A stretch of 64,000 nucleotides of DNA from contig JAODND010000007.1 in NCBI GenBank assembly GCA_025465465.1, positions 55,102-119,101 of the forward strand, written 5' to 3'. The DNA is from Frankiales bacterium (GTDB lineage: Bacteria > Actinomycetota > Actinomycetes > Mycobacteriales > SCTD01). Shown piece after piece: positions 45,592 to 56,756 of this stretch. Each line of letters opens with the position of its first letter. The stretch's first letter is position 1. The position numbers and the translations under genes were made by a program. The notes beneath the pieces are model-generated. The model made no database searches and was not told the origin of the DNA. It saw only the letters and a program-made list of their open reading frames with translations.

Positions 45592-46914
45592 GTGCTGACC
45601 GCGGACGACCTGCTGGCGGTCGTTCGCGTGCACGCGGACAGGGTGCACGACGCGGTACGCCGACTGGGCTGCGGGCCGGAGGACGCGGTGGCCGTCGTGG
45701 AGCGCAGCGCACTCGACCTCGTCGAGGCCGCGCGCACCGAGGACCTCGCCGATCCCGTGGGCTGGTGGTTCGCCCGCGCCCGGGTGCTCGCCCGCCAGGT
45801 CGCGGGCACCGGCGACGACGACCTGCCCGTCGGCGGCGGTGTGCTGGGCGGCGACGCCAACCAGGCCCGGCTCGCGGAGGCGCTCGAGGCCCGGCCGGAG
45901 CGCGAGCGGGCGGCCCTGCTGCTGCGCGACTCCTATGACCTGCCCGCCGCCTCGGTGGGCACCGTCCTCAACCTCGACGCCAACAGCGCGATGGAGGTCG
46001 TCGGGGCCGCCCGGCTGGCCTTCCTGCCGGCCCTGCTCGGCGGTCCGTCGCTGTCGCTGGCCGGCCACGTCGTCGACCTCGCGTCACTCGCCCGGCTCGC
46101 CGAGGGCGGCCAGCCCGCCGCCCGCGACGCGACGACCCGCCGGCACGCCCAGTCCTGCGAGCGCTGCGCCAACGCTCTCGACGCGATGGAGCGGGCCCGG
46201 CGCCTGCTGAGCGGACTCACCGTCGTCGCGCTGCCCGACGCCGAGCGCGACGGCCTGCTCGGTCGCGTGGATGCCCATGCCCAGCAGGCCCTGGCCTCAG
46301 CCGTCCCGTTCGAGGAGGACGACGAGGAGTGGGAGGACGAGGCCCGTCGGCCCTACTCGGTGTCCCTGATCACCCTCGGCCTGATCGTCGCTGTCGGCCT
46401 CGGCATCGGCGGGGGTGTGCTGGCGTCGCAGGCACGCAACGCGTCCGTCGAGGCCCAGGTCAAGAACTTCCCGCTGGTGACGCAGGCACCGGTCATCGTC
46501 GTACCCGTGATGACCCCGTCGCCCACTGTGCCGCCGGCCGTGTCCCCTCCACCCCGTGTGACCTATCTGCCGCCGTCACAGACCCCCGTCTCGACGGCGA
46601 CCGCGACGGCGACCGCAACGGCCACCGCCACCGCGACCCAGAACCAACCGGTCGTCACGATCGACCCGACGAGCGGACCGAACGACACCCAGATCACGGT
46701 GACCGGCAACTTCTGGACCCCGAACGCGACGATCACCGTGACCTATGTGACCCAGATCAACGGTGCCGGCGACACCGTGACGGCGACGTCTGACGCCTTT
46801 GGGTTCTTCTCGACGACGCTGCGTGCGCACGACCCGCAGCCGATCCCCGGGCCGCGGCAGGTCGCCGTGACCGACGGCGCCAACAACAGCAGCGTCACGT
46901 TCACGCAGACCTGA
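45592..46914 (+). CDS. fused sigma-70-like (region 4) / zf-HC2 anti-sigma / TM / extracellular Ig-like domain protein
   Basis: ERERAALLLRDSYDLPAASVGTVLNL HTH; HAQSCERC (Hx3Cx2C); one TM; Pro-rich stretch + (TA)7 + beta-rich C-terminal domain. Confidence 0.65.
   Translation: MLTADDLLAVVRVHADRVHDAVRRLGCGPEDAVAVVERSALDLVEAARTEDLADPVGWWFARARVLARQVAGTGDDDLPVGGGVLGGDANQARLAEALEARPERERAALLLRDSYDLPAASVGTVLNLDANSAMEVVGAARLAFLPALLGGPSLSLAGHVVDLASLARLAEGGQPAARDATTRRHAQSCERCANALDAMERARRLLSGLTVVALPDAERDGLLGRVDAHAQQALASAVPFEEDDEEWEDEARRPYSVSLITLGLIVAVGLGIGGGVLASQARNASVEAQVKNFPLVTQAPVIVVPVMTPSPTVPPAVSPPPRVTYLPPSQTPVSTATATATATATATATQNQPVVTIDPTSGPNDTQITVTGNFWTPNATITVTYVTQINGAGDTVTATSDAFGFFSTTLRAHDPQPIPGPRQVAVTDGANNSSVTFTQT
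46594..46638 (+). repeat. (ACS GCS)n hexanucleotide repeat encoding TATATATATATATAT
   Basis: Read directly from the sequence; in frame within the 45592-46914 ORF. Confidence 0.9.
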
Positions 46915-46915
46915 G

Positions 46916-50173
<3,258 letters not shown>

Positions 50174-50206
50174 GAGCATTCCGCTCCGCGTGAGAGGCTC
50201 GCCCTC

Positions 50207-50629
50207 ATGACCACAGCTCGCAAGTCAACAGCTCGCAAGTCAACTGCTCGCAAGGCGCCCGCCCGCAAGGCAACTGCCCGCAAGGCGGTCAAGAAGGCGC
50301 CGGCCCGCAAGGCAGCACCACGCCCTGTTGCGACGGCCGCCTCGGCAGCCAAGGCCACTGCACCCGGAGCCGCCGACCTGGCAGGCGGTCTGCGTTCCTA
50401 CCTGGCTTCGGTCGAGGCCGAGGTCCGCGCGGTGAGTGCGCTGTCCGAGCGGATCGACGCACTCGTCGTCGACCTCAACGACCTGCGCGACCAGCAGGCC
50501 AAGCGGCTCATCGTGCTCGACACGCTCCGCGGGTCGGTCAACGACAAGAGCCTCGGGTCGTTCCTTGACAGCGCGATCCGGCCCCGCAAGACGCGGGTGC
50601 CCGAGGTCATCCCGGCCCGCCTGACCTGA
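50207..50629 (+). CDS. small basic-repeat (xARKx pentads) + coiled-coil protein, unknown function
   Basis: MTTARKSTARKSTARKAPARKATARKAVKKAPARKAA... then a helical heptad-like region. Confidence 0.6.
   Translation: MTTARKSTARKSTARKAPARKATARKAVKKAPARKAAPRPVATAASAAKATAPGAADLAGGLRSYLASVEAEVRAVSALSERIDALVVDLNDLRDQQAKRLIVLDTLRGSVNDKSLGSFLDSAIRPRKTRVPEVIPARLT
50213..50317 (+). repeat. about 7 x 15-bp in-frame repeat encoding T/P-A-R-K-x pentads
   Basis: acagctcgcaagtca x2, then degenerate units actgctcgcaaggcg, cccgcccgcaaggca, actgcccgcaaggcg ... Confidence 0.9.
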
Positions 50630-50631
50630 CC

Positions 50632-51657
50632 TCAGCCGAAGAAGACCTCGGCCTCCTTGTAGCGGTCCAGCGGGACCAGCTTGAGCTCCTTGGTCGCCGC
50701 CGACAGCGGCACCCGCACGATGTCCGCGCCCTGCAGCGCGACCATCACGCCGCTGTCGCCCTCGTGCACGGCGTCGATCGCGTGCAGCCCGAAGCGGGTC
50801 GCGAGGATCCGGTCGTACGCCGTCGGCGTGCCGCCACGCTGGACGTGACCCAGCACCGTCTGCCGTGACTCATACCCGGTGCGTGCCTCGATCTCGCGCT
50901 CGAGCACCTGACCGATGCCACCGAGCCGGACGTGCCCGAACGCGTCCAGCTCGCCCTCCTGCATCGCCATCGTGCCCTCGGCCGGCGTCGCTCCCTCCGC
51001 CACCACGATGATCGGCGCGTAGTGCCGCTCGAAGCGCTGCTTGACGTATTCGCAGACCTGGTCGATGTCGAAGGGCCGCTCCGGGATGAGGATGACGTTG
51101 GCGCCGCCGGCGAGCCCGGAGTGCAGCGCGATCCAGCCGGCGTGCCGCCCCATCACCTCGACGATCAGCGCCCGGTGGTGGGACTCGGCCGTCGTGTGCA
51201 GCCGGTCGATCGCGTCGACGGCGATCTGCACGGCGGTGTCGAAGCCGAACGTGTAGTCCGTCGCGTTGAGGTCGTTGTCGATGGTCTTCGGCACCCCGAC
51301 GACGTTGAGCCCCTGGTCGGCGAGCGCGGTCGCGACGCCCAGGGTGTCCTCGCCGCCGATGGCGACCAGGGCGTCCACCCCGAGCGCCTCGAGGTTCTCG
51401 CGGATGCGGGCGACGCCGCCCTCCACCTTGAGCGGGTTGGTCCGGGAGGAGCCGAGGATCGTGCCGCCGCGCGGCAGGATCCCGCGGACCGCGGGGACGT
51501 CGAGCGGCATGGTCACGCCCTCGAGCGGTCCCTTCCAGCCGTCCCGGAAGCCCACGAACTCGTGTCCGTAGACCTCCGCTCCCTTTCGCACGACCGCGCG
51601 GATGACCGCGTTGAGACCGGGGCAGTCGCCCCCTCCTGTGAGCACACCGATACGCAT
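50632..51657 (-). CDS. pfkA: 6-phosphofructokinase
   Basis: MRIGVLTGGGDCPGLNAVIR, GGEDT, PKTIDND, MGR motifs; ATG at 51657. Confidence 0.9.
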   Translation of the reverse strand: MRIGVLTGGGDCPGLNAVIRAVVRKGAEVYGHEFVGFRDGWKGPLEGVTMPLDVPAVRGILPRGGTILGSSRTNPLKVEGGVARIRENLEALGVDALVAIGGEDTLGVATALADQGLNVVGVPKTIDNDLNATDYTFGFDTAVQIAVDAIDRLHTTAESHHRALIVEVMGRHAGWIALHSGLAGGANVILIPERPFDIDQVCEYVKQRFERHYAPIIVVAEGATPAEGTMAMQEGELDAFGHVRLGGIGQVLEREIEARTGYESRQTVLGHVQRGGTPTAYDRILATRFGLHAIDAVHEGDSGVMVALQGADIVRVPLSAATKELKLVPLDRYKEAEVFFG

Positions 51658-51709
51658 GAGCCCAGCCTTGCAGGTCAAGAGCCGGCTGCAACAGGTCGAA
51701 GCACCAGAC

Positions 51710-52744
51710 GTGCGTGTCCGCCGGTTGTTGACTGCTGCCCTGGTGGCGGCAGCGCTGCCGTGCCTGCCCACCGCAGCGCACGCCGCACCTGCGCCTCCGC
51801 GCCCTCTCACCAGTGCCGACCTGCCCGCCCTCACCGCGGAGCTGGCGCGGATCACGACGCACGCGCAGCAGCTCGCCGACGAGCTGGACCGCGCCGCGGC
51901 GCAGGACGGTGGCCTGCGGGTCGCCTACGCCCGTCTGGACGACGCTCGGTATGCCGCGCAGCAGGCCCTCGACCTCCGCGCCCGCGCGGTCTACATGGCC
52001 AGCGGCACCCAGCAGTTCAGCACCTGGCAGTACCAGCTGGCCGCGCCGACGGCTCAGGCCCTCGCGCAGCACGCGGCCGAGGCCGGGATGACCGTCGACC
52101 AGAGCCTCGTCGACGACGTCGCGCTCCAGACCCGGGCCGTCGCGCAGCTGCAGCGGCAGGCGGAGGCGTTCCGCAAGCGGCTCATGACGCAGGCCCGCGG
52201 CGTCCTGGCCGAGGAGGAGACGGCCCGCGACCTCTACCTGCAGGCCAAGGCGATCGCCGACGCCGAGCACCTGGCCGCCGTCCAGGCCCAGCTCGAGGCG
52301 CAGCGCAGCCTGCTCGACAGCGTCTCGACCGCCGTCACCCTCTCGTTGACGCCGGCCCAGACGGAGCGGGCGCGACAGGCGCTGGAGATGCAGGCGCCGG
52401 TCATCGCGCTGCTGGAGCAGGCCGCTGGCGCCATCCCCGCGGGCTACCGGTCGACCGGCCAGACGGCCTCGGGCGTGGCGTCGTGGTACGGCCCCGGCTT
52501 CGTCGGCCGGCCGACCGCCTCCGGGGCGCCCTATGACCCCGAGCGCCTGACCTGCGCCAACAAGGAGCTCCCGCTCGGCACCGTCATCCACGTGACCGGC
52601 AACGGGTTTGCGGTGAACTGCCTCGTCAACGACCGCGGGCCCTATGTCGACGGCCGCATCCTCGACCTGAGCCGGGCCGGCTCACGTGCCCTCGGCTACT
52701 CCGGCCTCGCCCAGGTCACCCTCGAGGTCCTCACCCCAGCCTGA
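51710..52744 (+). CDS. secreted coiled-coil + RlpA-like (DPBB) lytic transglycosylase-like protein
   Basis: Signal VRVRRLLTAALVAAALPCLPTAAHA. C-terminal ASWYGPGFVGRPTASG...NDRGPYVDGRILDLS. An alt ATG at 51656 shares CATG with pfkA. Confidence 0.75.
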   Translation: MRVRRLLTAALVAAALPCLPTAAHAAPAPPRPLTSADLPALTAELARITTHAQQLADELDRAAAQDGGLRVAYARLDDARYAAQQALDLRARAVYMASGTQQFSTWQYQLAAPTAQALAQHAAEAGMTVDQSLVDDVALQTRAVAQLQRQAEAFRKRLMTQARGVLAEEETARDLYLQAKAIADAEHLAAVQAQLEAQRSLLDSVSTAVTLSLTPAQTERARQALEMQAPVIALLEQAAGAIPAGYRSTGQTASGVASWYGPGFVGRPTASGAPYDPERLTCANKELPLGTVIHVTGNGFAVNCLVNDRGPYVDGRILDLSRAGSRALGYSGLAQVTLEVLTPA

Positions 52745-52755
52745 CCCCCCTGCGC

Positions 52756-52816
52756 GTGGATGTGAACTGGGCGGGTCGCGGAGCTCGCTCCGGCGACCCC
52801 GCCAGTTCACATCCAC
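52756..52816 (+). repeat. long hairpin element, copy A (24-nt arms, 22/24 paired, 13-nt palindromic loop)
   Basis: GTGGATGTGAACTGGGCGGGTCGC ... GCGACCCCGCCAGTTCACATCCAC, preceded by TGA-CCCCCC. Confidence 0.9.
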
Positions 52817-53038
52817 CGGGGCGCTGATGAGCTTCTGTGCCTTTCGTACTAGGGACACGTCGGTGAATGCTGGGATCTGTCGCGTCGGGCGCGGGCACAC
52901 GTCGGAGTCAGCAATGACCATCTTCGACGGGATCGTTGCTGCGTGCTGGAGCCCGGCCTACCGTCCGGCCGGGGCCCGACAACTGCGCGCCGGTCAAGGT
53001 CCCGAAGCCATCGCCGGCGAAAAGCCAGGGGGAGATCC

Positions 53039-53800
53039 GTGACCGGTCCAGGAGCACACGCGAGGGTCGTCAGATACACGGTCGCGGGGGGCCTTGCGGC
53101 GTCGCTCGTCCTGCTGGCCCCGGGAGCTTCCGCCGCTCCCCCGAGCAGTTCGCTGGTCGCCACGCCGACCTCGGTCAGCCTGGACATCGGCGGGCCGACG
53201 AGCGCGCCGGTGTCGGTCGGCCTCGACGCGGGCTGTCTCAACGTCTTCATCCACGGACAGGCCTACAGCGTGGCGTCGGTCAGCCAGAACACAGCGGTGG
53301 CCACCGCGAGCCCGGACGTGTCCCCCGGCATCCACTGCGGTGACACCACGTCGGTCACCGTGGCGACGTCCGCCTACTCGGCTAACCCGACTGCCGCCTG
53401 TGCCGCTGTGGCTGCCAGTCCGACCACGGTGACGTTCACGCCGGTCGCAGGTCCCAGCGGGATCCAGAAGAAGCTCGTCGGCACCAGCATCCAGGTGACG
53501 GTCACCAACACCGGAGGCCTCCTGTGCGGCGGCGGTGGTGGTGGCGGTGGCGGTGGCGGTGGCAGCAACCCGGCAGCGCCGGCAGTCGCCAACGCCTACC
53601 TCAACGCCAACGCAGCGCTGTCCGCGGCCTGCAAGGCGGCGTTCGGCAACAGCAAGTCCTGGCGGGGTGCTCTCATCAGCTCCATCGCGGGCTGGATGCC
53701 CAAGCCGGAGAGCGTCAAGGACGACGCCTCGCTCTACCCGGACTGGGTCGGGTTCGTCCAGGACCACGTGAACACAGTGTGCGGATACACGCCGGTCTAG
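53039..53800 (+). CDS. secreted two-domain protein with Gly12 linker, unknown function
   Basis: GTG at 53039 preceded by GGGGGAG; signal ...LVLLAPGASA; the N-terminal part of the track ORF is Arg-rich non-coding. Confidence 0.6.
   Translation: MTGPGAHARVVRYTVAGGLAASLVLLAPGASAAPPSSSLVATPTSVSLDIGGPTSAPVSVGLDAGCLNVFIHGQAYSVASVSQNTAVATASPDVSPGIHCGDTTSVTVATSAYSANPTAACAAVAASPTTVTFTPVAGPSGIQKKLVGTSIQVTVTNTGGLLCGGGGGGGGGGGGSNPAAPAVANAYLNANAALSAACKAAFGNSKSWRGALISSIAGWMPKPESVKDDASLYPDWVGFVQDHVNTVCGYTPV
53528..53563 (+). repeat. (GGY)12 tract encoding Gly12
   Basis: ggcggcggtggtggtggcggtggcggtggcggtggc. Confidence 0.95.
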
Positions 53801-53858
53801 CAGTGCCGAGGGGTGACCCAGCAGCTCGCCGCTGCTCCAGCGTGACGGCGGACCCCGA

Positions 53859-54344
53859 TCAGACGGAGAGGCCGAGGCGATAGGCGGCCTCGGCCATCGC
53901 TTCCCACTTCACCTTCACGTGGCGGGCGTCCTGCAGCGCGTCGTGCAGCCCGTCCTCCTGCACGGGCAGCCGCGGCCGCCCCAGGTGCTCCCACAGCTGC
54001 CGGACGTCGAGCATGAACCGCGGGAACTGCCGCGGCAGCGACGGCATGTCGCCCCAGAGCTGGCACAGCGCGACGTGGTCGTAGGCACCGAACCACGCCC
54101 ACCACACCGGCTCGTCGCCGAAGAACTCCTCGAGCTCGGCAGCGATCTGCCGGCGCGGCTTCCACCGCGCCACCGGCGGGAGCTGGGGTAGCACGTTGTC
54201 CGCGACCCACGGATGCACCGCGAGCGGGTCGAACTCCGACGACACCGCGTAGTACTCGCGCCCGTCCTCGGCGACCGCCGCGACCGACACCAAGGTCACC
54301 ACCGAGGCGGTGTCGCCGAACTCGAGGTCGATGAAGAAGCGCAC
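53859..54344 (-). CDS. DEDDh 3'-5' exoribonuclease (RNase AS-like)
   Basis: VRFFIDLEF...DGREYYAVSSEFDP...WAWFGAYDHVALCQLWG...HDALQDA resembles mycobacterial RNase AS. GTG at 54344 (alt ATG 54365). Confidence 0.8.
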   Translation of the reverse strand: MRFFIDLEFGDTASVVTLVSVAAVAEDGREYYAVSSEFDPLAVHPWVADNVLPQLPPVARWKPRRQIAAELEEFFGDEPVWWAWFGAYDHVALCQLWGDMPSLPRQFPRFMLDVRQLWEHLGRPRLPVQEDGLHDALQDARHVKVKWEAMAEAAYRLGLSV

Positions 54345-54349
54345 TCCCC

Positions 54350-54355
54350 TAGTGT
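54350..54355 (+). promoter_or_regulatory. putative -10 box (TAGTGT) for a leaderless DUF1028 mRNA
   Basis: TANNNT 8 nt upstream of the ATG at 54364; same 12-mer CTAGTGTCCCAG as at 48291-48302. Confidence 0.4.
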
Positions 54356-54363
54356 CCCAGGAC

Positions 54364-55155
54364 ATGACCTTCTCGATCGTGGCCACCGCCGACGGGCAGT
54401 GGGGCGTCGCCGTCGCCAGCAAGTTCCTCGCGGTGGGTGCGGCAGTACCTGCCGCGCAGTGGGACGTCGGCGCCGTGGCGACCCAGTCCTTCGCGAACCT
54501 CGCCTACCGCCCCGACGGGCTGCGGATGCTCGCCGACGGCAAGACGGCCCAGCAGACCCTGGACGCCCTGACCGCTGCCGACGAGCTGCGCGAGCAGCGG
54601 CAGGCCGGGATCGTCGACCGCACCGGAGGATCTGCCACCTGGACCGGCAGCGAGTGCCACAGCTGGGCCGGCGGGCGCACCGGTCCCGGCTGGGCCGCGC
54701 AGGGCAACATCCTCACCGGCCCGGAGGTGGTCGACGCCCTCGCCGAGACGTTCGCGAGCACCGCGGGCCCTCTGAGCAGCCGACTGGCAGCAGCACTGCT
54801 CGCCGCCGACCGGGCGGGCGGCGACCGGCGAGGCCGGCAGTCCGCCGTACTGCTCGTGGTCAGTGAGGGAGGCGGATACGGCGGCGGCTCCGATGTGCTC
54901 GTGGACCTGCGCGTCGACGACCACCCCGACCCCGTGCTCGAGCTGGGACGGCTGCTCGACCTGCACACGTTGTACTTCGGCAAGCCTGAGCAGACGCTGC
55001 CGCTCGAGGGCGAGCTCGCCGAGGAGGTCGCGGCGAAGCTGAAAGCCCTGGGATACAACGACTTGGACGACTGGGCCGGCGTCGAGAACTACGAGGAGCG
55101 CATGGTCCCGGGGGCGATCGACGTGCTCGTCCTGCAGAAGCTGCGCGAGGCATGA
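54364..55155 (+). CDS. DUF1028 (Ntn-hydrolase-like) protein with C-terminal peptidoglycan-binding-like domain
   Basis: Starts MTFSIVA (Thr2 nucleophile typical of DUF1028); C-terminal LAEEVAAKLKALGY... segment. Confidence 0.8.
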   Translation: MTFSIVATADGQWGVAVASKFLAVGAAVPAAQWDVGAVATQSFANLAYRPDGLRMLADGKTAQQTLDALTAADELREQRQAGIVDRTGGSATWTGSECHSWAGGRTGPGWAAQGNILTGPEVVDALAETFASTAGPLSSRLAAALLAADRAGGDRRGRQSAVLLVVSEGGGYGGGSDVLVDLRVDDHPDPVLELGRLLDLHTLYFGKPEQTLPLEGELAEEVAAKLKALGYNDLDDWAGVENYEERMVPGAIDVLVLQKLREA

Positions 55156-55165
55156 CCGTGCTTGC

Positions 55166-55183
55166 CTGCTCACGTGTGAGCAG
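55166..55183. promoter_or_regulatory. 8-2-8 inverted repeat CTGCTCAC-gt-GTGAGCAG upstream of glpK
   Basis: Read directly from the sequence; the spacer is too short for an RNA hairpin, so a protein-binding site is more likely. Confidence 0.3.
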
Positions 55184-55228
55184 CTGCCGTTCCGGCACGC
55201 TCAGCGGACGAGCAGGGAAGGGTCGGCG

Positions 55229-56689
55229 ATGAGCGTTCTGGCGGTCGACTGCGGGACGACGGGAGTGACTGCGCTCGTGGTCGGCGAGGACGGCCAGGTC
55301 GAGAGCCGTGGCTATCAGGAGTTCCCGCAGCACTTCCCAGAGCCCGGCTGGGTCGAGCACGAGCCGGAGGAGATCTGGGTCGCCGTCATCTCCGCGTGCC
55401 GGCAGGCCCTCGACGGCCACCACGTCACGGCCCTCGGCATCACGGTCCAGCGCGAGACCGCGTGCTTCTGGGACCGCACGACGTTGCAGTCGCCGCGCCG
55501 CGCGATCGTCTGGCAGGACCGGCGCACGAGTCACCTGTGCGACCACATGAGGGAGCACGAACCGCGCATCGCCGAGCTCACCGGGCTGCGCCTCGACCCC
55601 TACTTCACGGCGACCAAGCTGGCCTGGGTACGACAGCACGACCGTCGCACGTGGGAGGGCGTCACGGCCGGGCGTACGGCGGTGGGCACCGTCGACTCCT
55701 ATGTCGTGGCGCGGCTGACGGGCGGGCGCCGGCACGTGACGGATGCGAGCAACGCGTCCCGCACCCTGCTCTATGACCTGCGCCGGGGGCAGTGGTCCGA
55801 CGAGCTGTGCGAGCTGTTCGACATACCGCAGAGCGCGCTGCCCGAGGTGGTGCCGAGCTGGGGCGAGGTCGGACGGACGGACCCCGTCGCCTTCCTCGGC
55901 CTCGACCTGCCGATCGCCGGGATCGCCGGCGACCAGCAGGCGGCGTTGTTCGGGCAGGGCTGCTATGAGGAGGGCCGCAGCAAGTGCACCTACGGCACCG
56001 GGTCGTTCGTGCTGATCAACACCGGCAGCACGCCGGTGCTCAGTGCGCGGCTGCTCACGACGGTGGCGTGGATGGCGCCGGACGGTGCGCTGACCTATGC
56101 CCTCGAGGGCGCGGTCTTCGTCACCGGCGCGGCGGTGCAGTGGCTGCGCGACGGGTTGCAGGTCATCCAGTCCGCGGCCGAGATCGAGGCCCTCGCGCGG
56201 CAGGTACCCGACAGCGGTGGCGTCGTCTTCGTCCCGGCCCTGACCGGGCTGGGCGCTCCGCACTGGGACCCCGACGCCCGCGGCACGGTGCTCGGCATCA
56301 CCCGCGGGACGACCCGTTCGCACCTCGCCCGGGCGACCCTCGACGCGATCGCCTTCGAGGTACGCGACGTGGTGGACGCCATGACGTCGGAGGCCGGCTG
56401 CGAGGTGCCGAGCCTGCAGGTCGACGGCGGCGCATCCGGCAACGACCTGCTCTGCCAGCTGCAGGCCGACCAGCTCGGCGTCCCGGTGCAACGGCCGCAG
56501 GTCCGGGAGACGACGGCGCTCGGCGCCGCCTTCCTGGCCGGGCTCGGTACGGGCGTGTGGTCGGGTACGGCGGAGCTGGCGCAGACCTGGCGGCTCGAGC
56601 GCCGGTTCGAGCCGACAGCCGGAGTACGCGACGACGGCACCCACGACCGCTGGACCCGCGCCGTCGAACGGTCCCTCGCCTGGGCCTGA
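55229..56689 (+). CDS. glpK: glycerol kinase (FGGY family)
   Basis: AVDCGTTG, PGWVEHEPEEIW, WDR.T, GDQQAALFGQ, YGTG motifs. Confidence 0.9.
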   Translation: MSVLAVDCGTTGVTALVVGEDGQVESRGYQEFPQHFPEPGWVEHEPEEIWVAVISACRQALDGHHVTALGITVQRETACFWDRTTLQSPRRAIVWQDRRTSHLCDHMREHEPRIAELTGLRLDPYFTATKLAWVRQHDRRTWEGVTAGRTAVGTVDSYVVARLTGGRRHVTDASNASRTLLYDLRRGQWSDELCELFDIPQSALPEVVPSWGEVGRTDPVAFLGLDLPIAGIAGDQQAALFGQGCYEEGRSKCTYGTGSFVLINTGSTPVLSARLLTTVAWMAPDGALTYALEGAVFVTGAAVQWLRDGLQVIQSAAEIEALARQVPDSGGVVFVPALTGLGAPHWDPDARGTVLGITRGTTRSHLARATLDAIAFEVRDVVDAMTSEAGCEVPSLQVDGGASGNDLLCQLQADQLGVPVQRPQVRETTALGAAFLAGLGTGVWSGTAELAQTWRLERRFEPTAGVRDDGTHDRWTRAVERSLAWA

Positions 56690-56756
56690 GCCCGATCCGC
56701 CGCGCCGACGAGCGACTCGCCGTGGCATCGTCTGCCCGAACGTGGAGGAGACACGA

